Source: Candidatus Altimarinota bacterium (GTDB lineage Bacteria; Patescibacteriota; Gracilibacteria; CAIRYL01; GCA-016699755). From it: a stretch of DNA of 64,000 nt. A model generated the notes under the pieces. It did not search any database. It had not been told where the DNA came from and saw only the letters and a list, made by a program, of their open reading frames with translations. Both the position numbers and the translations under genes were made by a program. Position 1 is the first letter of the stretch, and every line of letters begins with the position of its first letter. Positions 28,764 through 38,328 of this stretch are shown here, one piece after another. The stretch is from the NCBI GenBank assembly GCA_963664295.1, contig OY760935.1, positions 1,088,001-1,152,000 on the forward strand, in the 5' to 3' direction.

Positions 28764-28801
28764 AAAAATTAAAGCTTCAAAAATATACCCTCTTTCAATA
28801 T

Positions 28802-29848
28802 TTAATTCAAGTATTTTCTTTTGTTTGCATTATGCTCAAGTAAGCTTTCTGCATAATGAATTTCTCCGCTGTTATCATGTAAAAAATACCAATATGCGTT
28901 TGATTTTGGATATATTGTTGCTTTTATTGATTCTAATCCGGGATTACAAATTGCAGTTGGTGTTAATCCTCTGTGTTTACGAGTGTTGTATGGATTATCT
29001 TCTTGTAAATCTTCATAGGTAATATCGCCTTCTTTATTGCCAGTGAAAAAACGCACAGTTGCATCAGCTCCAAGGCTAATTCCGTTATCCAATCTACGCC
29101 AAAAAATATCTGCAACCATTGGTCTTTCTGTTCCTGTGCGCGTTTCTTTTTCTAGTATAGAAGCCATAATAATAGTGTCAGTCAAATTTCTGCCATTTTT
29201 TTCTATGTCTGGCCAAAATTTTTGAGTACGATTTTGAAAATTATCAATCATTTGTTTTGCAAAATTTTCAAGCTCAAAACTCTGTGGATAAACAAAATAA
29301 GTATCAGGAAAGAAAAAGCCTTCTAATTTATCCCTTTCTGTAGGTAAAAAATCGTATTCAGAAAAATTACAAGTTTCAAAAACGCAATTTTTGAATTCAT
29401 TTTCTTGAATTAAGCCCAGTCGTGCTAGTCTTGCGTCCATTTCCTGTACAGTAAATCCTTCTGGGAAAACAACAGTAATTTTTGCCACTTCTGCTTGAGT
29501 TAATTTTTCTGCGACTTCCGGAATTGTTAGGTTTTTTGCTAAATAAAATCTGCCTGCTTGATATTTATTGCCCAACTCACTGCGCTTGCTGTATTTCAAA
29601 AAAGCCTCAGCAGAAATTACAAAACCATTTTCTTGCAAATTCATACTTACTTTTTGAGGCAATTCGCCTTCTTGAATATCAAAGGGAAAAACCCGACTAT
29701 CTTCACTGGCAGGTAAGTTGATTAAATATCTGTATTGATATTCTTTAAAGCCAAAATAGCCTCCAATCCCAATAGCTAATCCAATCAAAAAAGGAATTAA
29801 GAGATTTTTTTTCTTTTTTTTGCCAATTTTTTGATTTGTAAAGTTCAT
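28802..29848 (-). CDS. mltG: endolytic transglycosylase MltG
   Basis: PEG, LEGFFFPDTY, MASILEKE, NPYNT...GL.PTAICNPG. Confidence 0.93.
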   Translation of the reverse strand: MNFTNQKIGKKKKKNLLIPFLIGLAIGIGGYFGFKEYQYRYLINLPASEDSRVFPFDIQEGELPQKVSMNLQENGFVISAEAFLKYSKRSELGNKYQAGRFYLAKNLTIPEVAEKLTQAEVAKITVVFPEGFTVQEMDARLARLGLIQENEFKNCVFETCNFSEYDFLPTERDKLEGFFFPDTYFVYPQSFELENFAKQMIDNFQNRTQKFWPDIEKNGRNLTDTIIMASILEKETRTGTERPMVADIFWRRLDNGISLGADATVRFFTGNKEGDITYEDLQEDNPYNTRKHRGLTPTAICNPGLESIKATIYPKSNAYWYFLHDNSGEIHYAESLLEHNANKRKYLN

Positions 29849-29849
29849 T

Positions 29850-30149
29850 TTACATTCCTGGGAAGCCCATGTCGCCCATTACTCCTTTCATTTTTTCTGC
29901 AGCAATTTCTTCTGCTTTTTTGGAAGCTTTATTAATTGCACTTACTGCTGATTTTTCAATACGAGATTTATTTTCAGCATTAAGCATGTCTGCAGGTATA
30001 TCTATTGAAACAAGTTCTTTTTCAGCAGAAACATTTACAACAATACCGTTTTCTTCTGCTTCAACATGAATTTTTTTTAATTCCTTTTTAATTTTTTTTG
30101 CCTGACTCTGCAATTTATACAGATCTTTCATTTTTCCAAACATGTTCAT
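29850..30149 (-). CDS. YbaB/EbfC nucleoid-associated protein
   Basis: size and pattern (LQ.QAKKI...V.V...L..I.I...SAIN.A); start 30149 or 30143. Confidence 0.85.
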   Translation of the reverse strand: MNMFGKMKDLYKLQSQAKKIKKELKKIHVEAEENGIVVNVSAEKELVSIDIPADMLNAENKSRIEKSAVSAINKASKKAEEIAAEKMKGVMGDMGFPGM

Positions 30150-30269
30150 AATTTTTTTTATTAAAATTGCCAAACGACTTTCTCAAAAATAAAATAAAAA
30201 ATCAAGTTGACAAAAATGATTTATTTTTTCACAATAACTTGGCTTTAATTTTAAATAAGGGGTGGAAAT

Positions 30270-30479
30270 ATGGCAGTAAAAGTTGCAAAACGCAGAGACG
30301 AATCAAACGAAAAGCTTATTAAAAGGTTTAAACGCCAAACACAAGGTGCACGAGTAATGCAAAAAGTTCGCAGTGAACGCTATCATTCAGGTGATAAAAC
30401 TAAAAGAAGAGTTAGGGAAGAAGCATTATCAAGAGAGCATTACAGAGAGTTACGTGAAAAAGAAAAATTTTATCTTTAA
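30270..30479 (+). CDS. rpsU: 30S ribosomal protein S21
   Basis: ESNEKLIKRFKR; small basic protein. Confidence 0.85.
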   Translation: MAVKVAKRRDESNEKLIKRFKRQTQGARVMQKVRSERYHSGDKTKRRVREEALSREHYRELREKEKFYL

Positions 30480-30505
30480 AATTAAAGTAATAAATTTGAA
30501 TTTTT

Positions 30506-30535
30506 TATTAACAGCGGACTTGTTCCGCTGTTAAT
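30506..30535 (+). terminator. terminator hairpin
   Basis: TATTAACAGCGGA-CTTGT-TCCGCTGTTAATA (approximate ends). Confidence 0.65.
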
Positions 30536-30558
30536 ATTATGTAGGTTTTTATAAAAAA

Positions 30559-31917
30559 ATGGCTTTAATTGCAATTGTTGGCAAACCAAATACAGGAAAA
30601 TCTACACTTTTTAATCGTATTGCAGGAAAAAGAAAAGCAGTAGAAAGCAAAATTCCCGGTACTACCCGTGATCGTATTTTTTTTGATTATCAGGGCGATA
30701 AACTAGAAATGACCTTTGTGGACACAGGCGGAATTAGTTTTGGTGATGCTGATTTTGAAAATGAAATTAAAAAACAGGCTGAAATTGCCATTGCAGATGC
30801 AGATATAATTTTGTTTTCTATAGATAGCAAAGAGGGTTGCACAGTTGCGGATCAGGAAGTTGCTCAAATATTAAGAAAAAAAGTTGATAAAAATAAAATA
30901 TTTTTAGTAGCAACAAAGGCGGACAAGCCTCTTTTGGAGGAGGAAAAAATAGAGTTTTTATCGCTAGGATTTGATGAAGAAAATACTTTTTTTGTTTCCG
31001 CTTTTCACAATGTGGGAATTAAAAAACTTTTAAATAAAATTGAAAAAAATCTTTTAAAAAGAGGATTTACACCGCCAGAGAAAAAAGAAAAAACCACAGA
31101 GGCAACTCTAGCATTAATTGGCAAACCAAATACAGGTAAGTCATCGCTTGTTAATGCATTTTTGAATGAAGAAAAATTAATTGTATCCAACATTCCAGGT
31201 ACAACAATAGACAGTGTGGATTTTAATATCGCTTTTGAGAATAAAAATTACACAATTATTGACACAGCAGGCATAAGAAAGCGTAAAAAAATCAAAAAAG
31301 GCATTGAAAGTTTTTCAATCCTGCGTAGTTTTGAGGCCTTAAAGCGAGCAGACATTGCGCTTTTGGTTATTGATGCAACAGAAGGTGCAACACATCAAGA
31401 GCAAGCAATTATAAACGAGGTTTTACAATCTAAAACAGGTTTAATTATTGTGGTTAATAAATGGGATCAAAAAGAAGGTGGTAAATTTGCCACAGAAGAA
31501 GACAAAGAAGAAGCAAGAAAAAGAATGCTTGCCCAATTAAGACATAAATTTGCTTTTATCAGCTGGGCGAGTGTGGTTTTTGTTTCTGCAAAAGAAAGAA
31601 AAAATCTCACCAGAATATTTTTATTAGCTGATGAAATTCAAAAAGAAAGGCAAAAAAAGATACCTACTCCGGTTTTAAATCAGTTTTTAGAAGAAATAAT
31701 GTCTCGATATTCATTAAAAGGTAGAGGCAGAGGAGGAAAGCGTGTTTCAAATATAAAATTTTGCAAACAAGTGGGAGTATCACCGCCTCATTTTGTTTTT
31801 TTCTTAAATAACCCAGAAGCAATTCATTTTTCTTCAAAAAGATACATAGAAAATAGACTTAGGGAGACTTTTGGTTTTGTGGGCACTCCTGTTGTTTTAG
31901 AGTTTAAGCAAAAATAA
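30559..31917 (+). CDS. der: ribosome biogenesis GTPase Der/EngA
   Basis: two GKPNTGKS G-domains plus KH-like C-terminus. Confidence 0.96.
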   Translation: MALIAIVGKPNTGKSTLFNRIAGKRKAVESKIPGTTRDRIFFDYQGDKLEMTFVDTGGISFGDADFENEIKKQAEIAIADADIILFSIDSKEGCTVADQEVAQILRKKVDKNKIFLVATKADKPLLEEEKIEFLSLGFDEENTFFVSAFHNVGIKKLLNKIEKNLLKRGFTPPEKKEKTTEATLALIGKPNTGKSSLVNAFLNEEKLIVSNIPGTTIDSVDFNIAFENKNYTIIDTAGIRKRKKIKKGIESFSILRSFEALKRADIALLVIDATEGATHQEQAIINEVLQSKTGLIIVVNKWDQKEGGKFATEEDKEEARKRMLAQLRHKFAFISWASVVFVSAKERKNLTRIFLLADEIQKERQKKIPTPVLNQFLEEIMSRYSLKGRGRGGKRVSNIKFCKQVGVSPPHFVFFLNNPEAIHFSSKRYIENRLRETFGFVGTPVVLEFKQK

Positions 31918-31937
31918 TTTATTTATTAAGTATAACA

Positions 31938-31971
31938 AAAAACCGCTCATATTTTTATGAGCGGTTTTTTT
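31938..31971. terminator. bidirectional terminator
   Basis: AAAAACCGCTCAT-ATTTTT-ATGAGCGGTTTTT. Confidence 0.8.
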
Positions 31972-31987
31972 CTTTTAAGCTTATTTT

Positions 31988-33502
31988 TTATTGATACATT
32001 TCCATATCTTCCATTTCAATTAGATCATATTCATCATCATACATCATGTCATCGTCCATACCTGGAGCACTGCTGTTCATCATCATAGGCCCCATTAAGC
32101 CTTGAAGTGATGTCATTAGCTCTTCAAATGTTTTATAATTTTCAGGTTCGCTTACTTCTACTTTGCTAAGCTCTTCAGTTGTCATTTCTGCTGATATTGA
32201 AGCTAGTTTTTGACCTGCTGATGTCACATCAAAATCAGCCTTAATGTAATCTTTGTCGAATTTTAATTCTGCTATGTCAATAACAACATTTTCACTAGTA
32301 ATTTCTACTTTTCCACTATATGAATCATTTTTTTTGTCTAAATCTACTTTTACACTTTCATCTTCAAAATTTGGTTCAGGTGTGAAAGTAAATTCAAGTT
32401 TATCATCACTTGATTCACCTTTTAGCATTACTTCTGATTTGTCTAAATTAGAAAGACTAAAGTTATTAACTCCTTTTGTAGTAGTCATTTCAAAAAGTAA
32501 AACCTCATCATCACTTGCTCCTTCTGGGCTTGCTTGAATTTTTTTGTTTTCTTCAAGCCAGCTAATTTCAATATTAACAACTTCATCTTTTTGAGCACTT
32601 TCTACAGTGCCTTCAAATGTGAAATATTCAGGATTGTCCTGAGAAATTCCTAATACACCGCTAGCATTTTTAACTTCTGCCAACATAGCATCAATAGCTT
32701 TTCCAGCTTCTTCTTTTTGTTTTTTTGCTAATTCTTCATCAGGCATAATTAAATAAACATCAACTAATCCCATTAAGCCTTTCTTAAGAGCTACTTTGTC
32801 CAATTCTACTTCAAAATAAAGCATGCCATTTTTTGTCTCCATGCCTTTTGAAAGTTTCCAAATGTCCATTTGATTTAAAGCTTCTTCAGTATTTTTTCTG
32901 AAATTGAATTTTTCTGGGTCAATACTGTTCTTGAAATCTTCAATATTTACACCAGTACCTAAAATGTTTTCTAGGTCTTGCAAAGAACCTCCATACCAAA
33001 CACCAACATAAGGTTCGAAAATAGGCTCAATCATTGCCTCTTGACCACCAAGGTCAATATCTAACTCACTAAGTGAGAAAAATACTTTGTCCTCCATAGT
33101 TTTTGTAGCTAATTTTGCCATTGCAGAACCTGTTTGTCCTGCCATGCCCATAGCACTCATGTCCATAGATCCTTTAATAGAAAAATCACCAGTACCAAGC
33201 ATGTTTTCAATGTCATTATTTTCTTCATAACTAACTTCAATATCAATGTTGCCAACTTCAGGCGCACTGATTGAAGCATTTGCTTGTAATGAACTTTTAC
33301 TTTTTTCATAAAATGTAAAGTTAGGCATCAGGCTGATTACCTTTTCAGTCCATTTTTCATTCATTTCTTCTGTTATATAATCAAAGTTGTCTTGATTAGA
33401 AACAGCACCGTCGCTAACAGGGTCTGGCTTTTTTTCTCCAAAAAGACTACAACCTGCCAGCAAAACCACTGAAAGCAGTGATATTAGAATTTTTTTCTTC
33501 AT
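31988..33502 (-). CDS. hypothetical acidic lipoprotein
   Basis: lipobox LLAG-C. Confidence 0.75.
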   Translation of the reverse strand: MKKKILISLLSVVLLAGCSLFGEKKPDPVSDGAVSNQDNFDYITEEMNEKWTEKVISLMPNFTFYEKSKSSLQANASISAPEVGNIDIEVSYEENNDIENMLGTGDFSIKGSMDMSAMGMAGQTGSAMAKLATKTMEDKVFFSLSELDIDLGGQEAMIEPIFEPYVGVWYGGSLQDLENILGTGVNIEDFKNSIDPEKFNFRKNTEEALNQMDIWKLSKGMETKNGMLYFEVELDKVALKKGLMGLVDVYLIMPDEELAKKQKEEAGKAIDAMLAEVKNASGVLGISQDNPEYFTFEGTVESAQKDEVVNIEISWLEENKKIQASPEGASDDEVLLFEMTTTKGVNNFSLSNLDKSEVMLKGESSDDKLEFTFTPEPNFEDESVKVDLDKKNDSYSGKVEITSENVVIDIAELKFDKDYIKADFDVTSAGQKLASISAEMTTEELSKVEVSEPENYKTFEELMTSLQGLMGPMMMNSSAPGMDDDMMYDDEYDLIEMEDMEMYQ

Positions 33503-33679
33503 TGTAAATTTAAAAAATTGAGAGATAGCAGAATTTTACACATTTTTTTAAGTTTTACGCAAAAAAAACAATTGACATTTTGTTGTGTTTTTGGTTATAT
33601 GCTATACATACATTTTATTCGCAAAATCACAGATATTAAGGTATAATATTTGTGTAGCAATACACTCTTATTTTGTTTA

Positions 33680-34210
33680 ATGGCAAAAATAGTATCAAAT
33701 CAGGCAGAAAAAAAAGAAAAGTTAAATAGCAAAAACCTTAATAATCTTCAAGATCAGGGTGAAAATTTAGTTGATAATGTAAAAGGAGCAGTAGAAGGGT
33801 CTGATGTGCGTTTTGAAATTGGTGTTAATTTGCCATCAGAAGTAATTGCAGAAGATCGTAACAAAAAAGGTGATGGAGATTTTTCACCAAAAAAAGACGA
33901 TCAAACACAAGTAGCTCAAGTAAGAGATTTAATCAAAAAAGATCCAAAAAAATTAACAAAAAAAGCAGTTACCTATTTTCTTAAAAAAGCAGTACACAAA
34001 GAAATAAAAGAAGTTCAAAAAGAAGTTAATCATCTCTCAAAAGATGTTATTGGTAATGCTTTTGAGCTTTCCGAAGCACTTAAAAAACTTAAAAAATTAA
34101 AGTTGATAATGAAAAATCTTGCCTATTGGACAGTAGATTTTTTGCGAAGTATGTTTCAAAGAGTGCAAAAAGGTGAAAAACTTTTTAATGCACCAATTCC
34201 ACAAGATTAA
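33680..34210 (+). CDS. hypothetical protein
   Basis: ORF; ATG 33680 preferred. Confidence 0.65.
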   Translation: MAKIVSNQAEKKEKLNSKNLNNLQDQGENLVDNVKGAVEGSDVRFEIGVNLPSEVIAEDRNKKGDGDFSPKKDDQTQVAQVRDLIKKDPKKLTKKAVTYFLKKAVHKEIKEVQKEVNHLSKDVIGNAFELSEALKKLKKLKLIMKNLAYWTVDFLRSMFQRVQKGEKLFNAPIPQD

Positions 34211-34271
34211 GGATTGCTAATAAAGTTAAAAATTGCAAAAATCTTATTAACCTTTTTAATAAGAGCCTTAA

Positions 34272-35180
34272 ATGAACAAAAAAGAGTTAATTAAAGAAAT
34301 CAAACGCCTTAAAAAAGAAAAAAAAGCAATAATACTTGCGCATAATTATCAAGAGCCAAGTGTTTTTGAAGTTGCTGACTATTTAGGCGACTCTTTTGAA
34401 TTGGCAAAAATAGCGCAAAAAACAGACGCAAAAATTATTATATTTGCAGGGGTAAAGTTTATGGCAGAAAGTGCAAAATTATTAAATCCACAGAAAAAAG
34501 TTTTAATTCCAGATATTAATGCAATTTGCCCAATGGCAGGCATGGTAAACAAAAAAGAATTAAATAAATTAAAAAAAAAATATCCTGAGGCTACAATTGT
34601 TTGTTATATCAACACAACAACAGAAACAAAAGCAATGTGCGATGCTTGTGTCACTAGTGCCAATGCTGTGAAAATTTGCAAGAAATTACCACAAAAAGAA
34701 ATTATTTTTCTTCCTGATCAACATTTAGCGTCCTATATACAAGCTCAATTACCAGAAAAAACAATTATTCCTTTTCAGGGTTTTTGCGAGGTTCATGCGC
34801 AGGCAAGTGAGCAATATTTTAAAAAAGCAAAAGCAAAGTATTCCCAAGCTCCTTTGCTTTTGCATCCAGAAACCCCAAAAAATTTTTGGCAATATGCTGA
34901 CGCAATTTTGGGAACTGGTGGCATGATTAATTTTGTTAAAAAATCTTCAGAAAAAACTTTTTTAATAGGCACAGAAAAAGACATGGCAGAAAGATTAAAG
35001 CTTAGCTTTCCTGATAAAAATTTTATTCCGCTTTTAGGCGAATGTGTAAATATGAAAAAAATAAACTTAGAAAATATTTATCAATCACTTTTAGAAGAAA
35101 AATATGAAATTCAAATCAGTGAGGATATTTTTGAAAAAGCCAAAAGACCACTGGAAAAAATGATTAAGCTTGCCAAATAA
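34272..35180 (+). CDS. nadA: quinolinate synthase
   Basis: ILAHNYQ, GDS, GVKFMAE, CPMA, YIN, CEVH, HPE, C.NMKK. Confidence 0.95.
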   Translation: MNKKELIKEIKRLKKEKKAIILAHNYQEPSVFEVADYLGDSFELAKIAQKTDAKIIIFAGVKFMAESAKLLNPQKKVLIPDINAICPMAGMVNKKELNKLKKKYPEATIVCYINTTTETKAMCDACVTSANAVKICKKLPQKEIIFLPDQHLASYIQAQLPEKTIIPFQGFCEVHAQASEQYFKKAKAKYSQAPLLLHPETPKNFWQYADAILGTGGMINFVKKSSEKTFLIGTEKDMAERLKLSFPDKNFIPLLGECVNMKKINLENIYQSLLEEKYEIQISEDIFEKAKRPLEKMIKLAK

Positions 35181-35228
35181 AAAAAAGTGTTGTAGATTAT
35201 TGCCTCTTTTTTAGAAATATCTTCATTT

Positions 35229-35840
35229 ATGCTAAAAAAAGCACACGAAGAAACAGGCAAAACAGAAAAAAAACCATATTCAAATCTATCTAAAGAACAA
35301 CTTGCGCAACTAAATCAGGCAACGCAGGCAATAGTAGTTCCAGAATCAGGCTTATTAGTTGCAGAGGTGATGACCTTGTTGTCAGATTTAAGTTTTCGTG
35401 AATTTTTAGGCAAAGATACAGCTAAGGCCTTAGAGATAATAATTACACCTTCTGATGTATTGGGTGAGTGGCGAGAGATAGAGTGGTATGCTTTGCGCAA
35501 ATTTTTACAAAATAATAAAAATTGTCTTCAAAATTCATCATTAACAGAAAATATTGATCCACTTGTTTTAAAAAATATTTTAAAAGCTGTGAAAGCGAGA
35601 ATAGCAAAGGCGGGATTAGATTTTTTTGATGATGGAACCTTAATAGCAGACTTGAAAAAAATTGTTTTTTTTCAAGATTACCCTGATCATCAGCCGTATT
35701 CAGAGATGATAATCAACGAAGCAATTGCAAAAGGACTTTTAATTACCACAGATCGGAAACCTGGAGAAAAATGGTTTTTATTTCCTAGTGAAAAATTTTT
35801 TCAAAAAGCTAAAGCGTGGTTAAAAAATAACTCAAAATAG
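35229..35840 (+). CDS. hypothetical protein
   Basis: 203-codon ORF; no motif recognised. Confidence 0.6.
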   Translation: MLKKAHEETGKTEKKPYSNLSKEQLAQLNQATQAIVVPESGLLVAEVMTLLSDLSFREFLGKDTAKALEIIITPSDVLGEWREIEWYALRKFLQNNKNCLQNSSLTENIDPLVLKNILKAVKARIAKAGLDFFDDGTLIADLKKIVFFQDYPDHQPYSEMIINEAIAKGLLITTDRKPGEKWFLFPSEKFFQKAKAWLKNNSK

Positions 35841-35900
35841 TTATCAATTGACAAAAAAGCCATTTTTCTTAAAAATAAAGATAAATATTTTAATAAAAAA

Positions 35901-36281
35901 ATGGGTCTTTTACGTCATTTTATTCTGGCAATAATTGCTAATGCAGTTGCGCTTTATTTAGTGGCTTATTTTATGCCGGAGGATTTTATTATTACTGGTG
36001 GCATAAAAACATATGCCATATTAGGCTTTGCAGTTGGTTTTTTGAATACAGTAGTTAAGCCTTTATTAAAATTGATTACATTACCGCTTATGGTTTTATC
36101 TATGGGCTTATTTTTAATTGTAATCAACATGGTGATTTTATGGTTTTTACAATATTTATTTGCAGATGTGCTTACCTCGTTGGAAATAAATTTTGCAATT
36201 ACTGGTGGTTTAAAAACTTATTTATTTGGTGCATTACTTTTGGGTGTATTTAATTACTTCACTCGTTGGCTTTTTAAATAA
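35901..36281 (+). CDS. 4-TM YvlD / phage-holin-like membrane protein
   Basis: N..VKPLLKLITLPL..LSMGLF..VIN. Confidence 0.85.
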   Translation: MGLLRHFILAIIANAVALYLVAYFMPEDFIITGGIKTYAILGFAVGFLNTVVKPLLKLITLPLMVLSMGLFLIVINMVILWFLQYLFADVLTSLEINFAITGGLKTYLFGALLLGVFNYFTRWLFK

Positions 36282-36355
36282 AACCTTTTTTATTGACTTA
36301 AGATGATTTTTTTGTAAAAATCTCATTCGCTATTTATAAATTTATTTAGAAATTA

Positions 36356-36889
36356 ATTAAAAATTTGAAGAAATTTCGCAAAAACGAAGAAATTCGCGTA
36401 CCTAAATTAAGGGTTGTTGATCACGAAGGAGAGCAATTAGGTGTTATCTCGCGCGATGAAGCACTAAGAAAAGCAGAAGCAGTAGGGCTTGATCTTATCG
36501 AAGTGTCCCCGAATGCTGAACCGCCAGTGTGCAGAATAGACGATTTTGGAAGTTTTATGTTTAGAAAGAAAAAGGCGGAAAAAAAGCAAAAATTAGCTTC
36601 CAAAAAAGCCGTTTTAAAAAGCATTCGCTTTGGTATTCGCATTTCTGACCATGATCTTGGTGTAAAAATCGCTCAAGCTAGAAAATTTTTAGAAAAAAAT
36701 CATCCAGTAAGAATTCTTTTGCAATTCAGAGGAAGAGAAGCAATGCATGCTGACCTAGGAATGGAAAAAATTAAAGAAGTTGAAACTCAATTAAGTGATA
36801 TATCCAAGCCAGAAGCACCACCAAGAAGACAAGGAAACAGAGTTAATATGATCCTTAGACCAGAAAAACCAAAGGCTAATAAAAATTAA
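36356..36889 (+). CDS. infC: translation initiation factor IF-3 (non-AUG start)
   Basis: NEEIR, GLDLIEVSP, PPVC, HDL, FRGRE; in-frame ATT 36356 or TTG 36365 after stop at 36347. Confidence 0.95.
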   Translation: MKNLKKFRKNEEIRVPKLRVVDHEGEQLGVISRDEALRKAEAVGLDLIEVSPNAEPPVCRIDDFGSFMFRKKKAEKKQKLASKKAVLKSIRFGIRISDHDLGVKIAQARKFLEKNHPVRILLQFRGREAMHADLGMEKIKEVETQLSDISKPEAPPRRQGNRVNMILRPEKPKANKN

Positions 36890-36911
36890 TTTACATATTA
36901 TTAAAATTAAC

Positions 36912-37127
36912 ATGGCAAGAATAGGAAAAGTCGGCAAACAAAAAGCAAAATCAGTTGCTAGAAAGAGAATAAAAAGAACATCAGGAGGCAAAGGAAAGAT
37001 GGTAATTGATAAAGCCGCTCACAATCATTTGCTTTTGCAAAAATCAAAAAAGCAAAAAGCAAAAGCAAAAAATCCTGTTTCGCTTCCAAAAGCAGAAACA
37101 AAAAAACTAGCTAAAATGCTTATTTAA
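36912..37127 (+). CDS. rpmI: 50S ribosomal protein L35
   Basis: between infC and rplT; KR...HNHLL..KS. Confidence 0.88.
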   Translation: MARIGKVGKQKAKSVARKRIKRTSGGKGKMVIDKAAHNHLLLQKSKKQKAKAKNPVSLPKAETKKLAKMLI

Positions 37128-37145
37128 TTTTTTATTAACTAATTT

Positions 37146-37493
37146 ATGAGAGTAAAAAGAGGTGTGGCGACAAAAAAACGCCATAAAAAAGTTATTTCCC
37201 AAGCAAAAGGTTATAAATGGGGTCGTAAAAATGTTTTTAGTTTAGCAAAAAATGCTACTAATAAAGCTGGTCAACATGCTTATGTTGGCAGAAGACAAAA
37301 GAAAAGAGATTTTAGAAGTCTTTGGATTGCTCGTATTTCCGCAGCCGTACGTCTTTTAGGTACTAATTATTCAAGATTTCAAAACCAATTAAATAAAAAG
37401 AACATTAAACTTAATCGTAAAATGCTGGCTGATATTGCTATACGTGAGCCAGATGTATTTGAGGCAATTGTAAAAGAAGCAACAAGTAAATAA
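37146..37493 (+). CDS. rplT: 50S ribosomal protein L20
   Basis: MRVKRG, RDFRSLWIARI, LNRKMLADIA. Confidence 0.97.
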   Translation: MRVKRGVATKKRHKKVISQAKGYKWGRKNVFSLAKNATNKAGQHAYVGRRQKKRDFRSLWIARISAAVRLLGTNYSRFQNQLNKKNIKLNRKMLADIAIREPDVFEAIVKEATSK

Positions 37494-37515
37494 ACAAATA
37501 AAGCCAGAGTCCCAA

Positions 37516-37602
37516 GCCGAGATGGCGGAATTGGTAGACGCGCGGGACTCAAAATCCCGTTTCCCTCGGGAAGTGTGGGTTCGATTCCCACTCTCGGCAC
37601 CA
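37516..37602 (+). tRNA. tRNA-Leu(CAA)
   Basis: CGGGA-CT-CAA-AA-TCCCG; long variable arm; CCA. Confidence 0.96.
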
Positions 37603-37636
37603 AAAATATTTTATTTAGAATAATTATTTAAAAATC

Positions 37637-38302
37637 ATGAAAAGCATAATCTTACAAGCAGAAACAAGAAAATCAGGAAAAGCTCAAGATTTAATAAAAT
37701 CATCAAGAGTTCCTGCTGTTGTGTATGGCAAAGAAATGAAAGAAAATGAGCTTATTTCTTTGGAGTATCAAGAATTTAAAAAAGCTTATTCAAAAGCAGG
37801 TATGTCCACAATTATTGATTTAAAAATTGGCGACAAAGAAATACCAGTGCTTGTTCAGAGTATTGACATTGATCCTGCAAAAGATACATATATTCATATT
37901 GATTTCAAAGCAGTTGTTATGGGTCAAGAGCTTACTGCTCAGGTTCCATTAAGATTTACTGGCGAATGTGACGCAGTTAAATTGCTTCATGGTATTTTGG
38001 TATATAACAAAGAAAGTATTGATGTTAAATGTTTACCAAGAAACTTGATAAGTGAAATAGAGGTTGATCTATCATCACTTGTTGATTTTAATTCAGCTAT
38101 TACAGTTGCTGACTTAAATATTCCTGATACTATCAATGTACTGATTGATCCTGAAACAGTTGTTGTTGGCGTAACAGCTCCAAGAGTAGAAAAAGAACCA
38201 GAAGAAATAACAGAAGAAGGTAAAGAAGGCGCAGAAGGAGAAGAAGCTAAAGAAGGCGAAGGAGAGGCTAAAGAAGGCGAGGGAGAAAAGAAGGAAGGTT
38301 AA
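37637..38302 (+). CDS. rplY: 50S ribosomal protein L25/Ctc
   Basis: VPAVVYG, HIDF, C-terminal Ctc domain, acidic tail. Confidence 0.93.
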   Translation: MKSIILQAETRKSGKAQDLIKSSRVPAVVYGKEMKENELISLEYQEFKKAYSKAGMSTIIDLKIGDKEIPVLVQSIDIDPAKDTYIHIDFKAVVMGQELTAQVPLRFTGECDAVKLLHGILVYNKESIDVKCLPRNLISEIEVDLSSLVDFNSAITVADLNIPDTINVLIDPETVVVGVTAPRVEKEPEEITEEGKEGAEGEEAKEGEGEAKEGEGEKKEG

Positions 38303-38328
38303 TTTTTTAAAAAATAAAAATATTTGGC

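Noticed and set aside
35901-36281. Prophage, from the holin-like family label
   Set aside because: The YvlD-type family is chromosomal and no phage genes are nearby
38200-38300. GAAGGCGAA-type short repeats
   Set aside because: Encode the ordinary Glu/Gly-rich tail of L25
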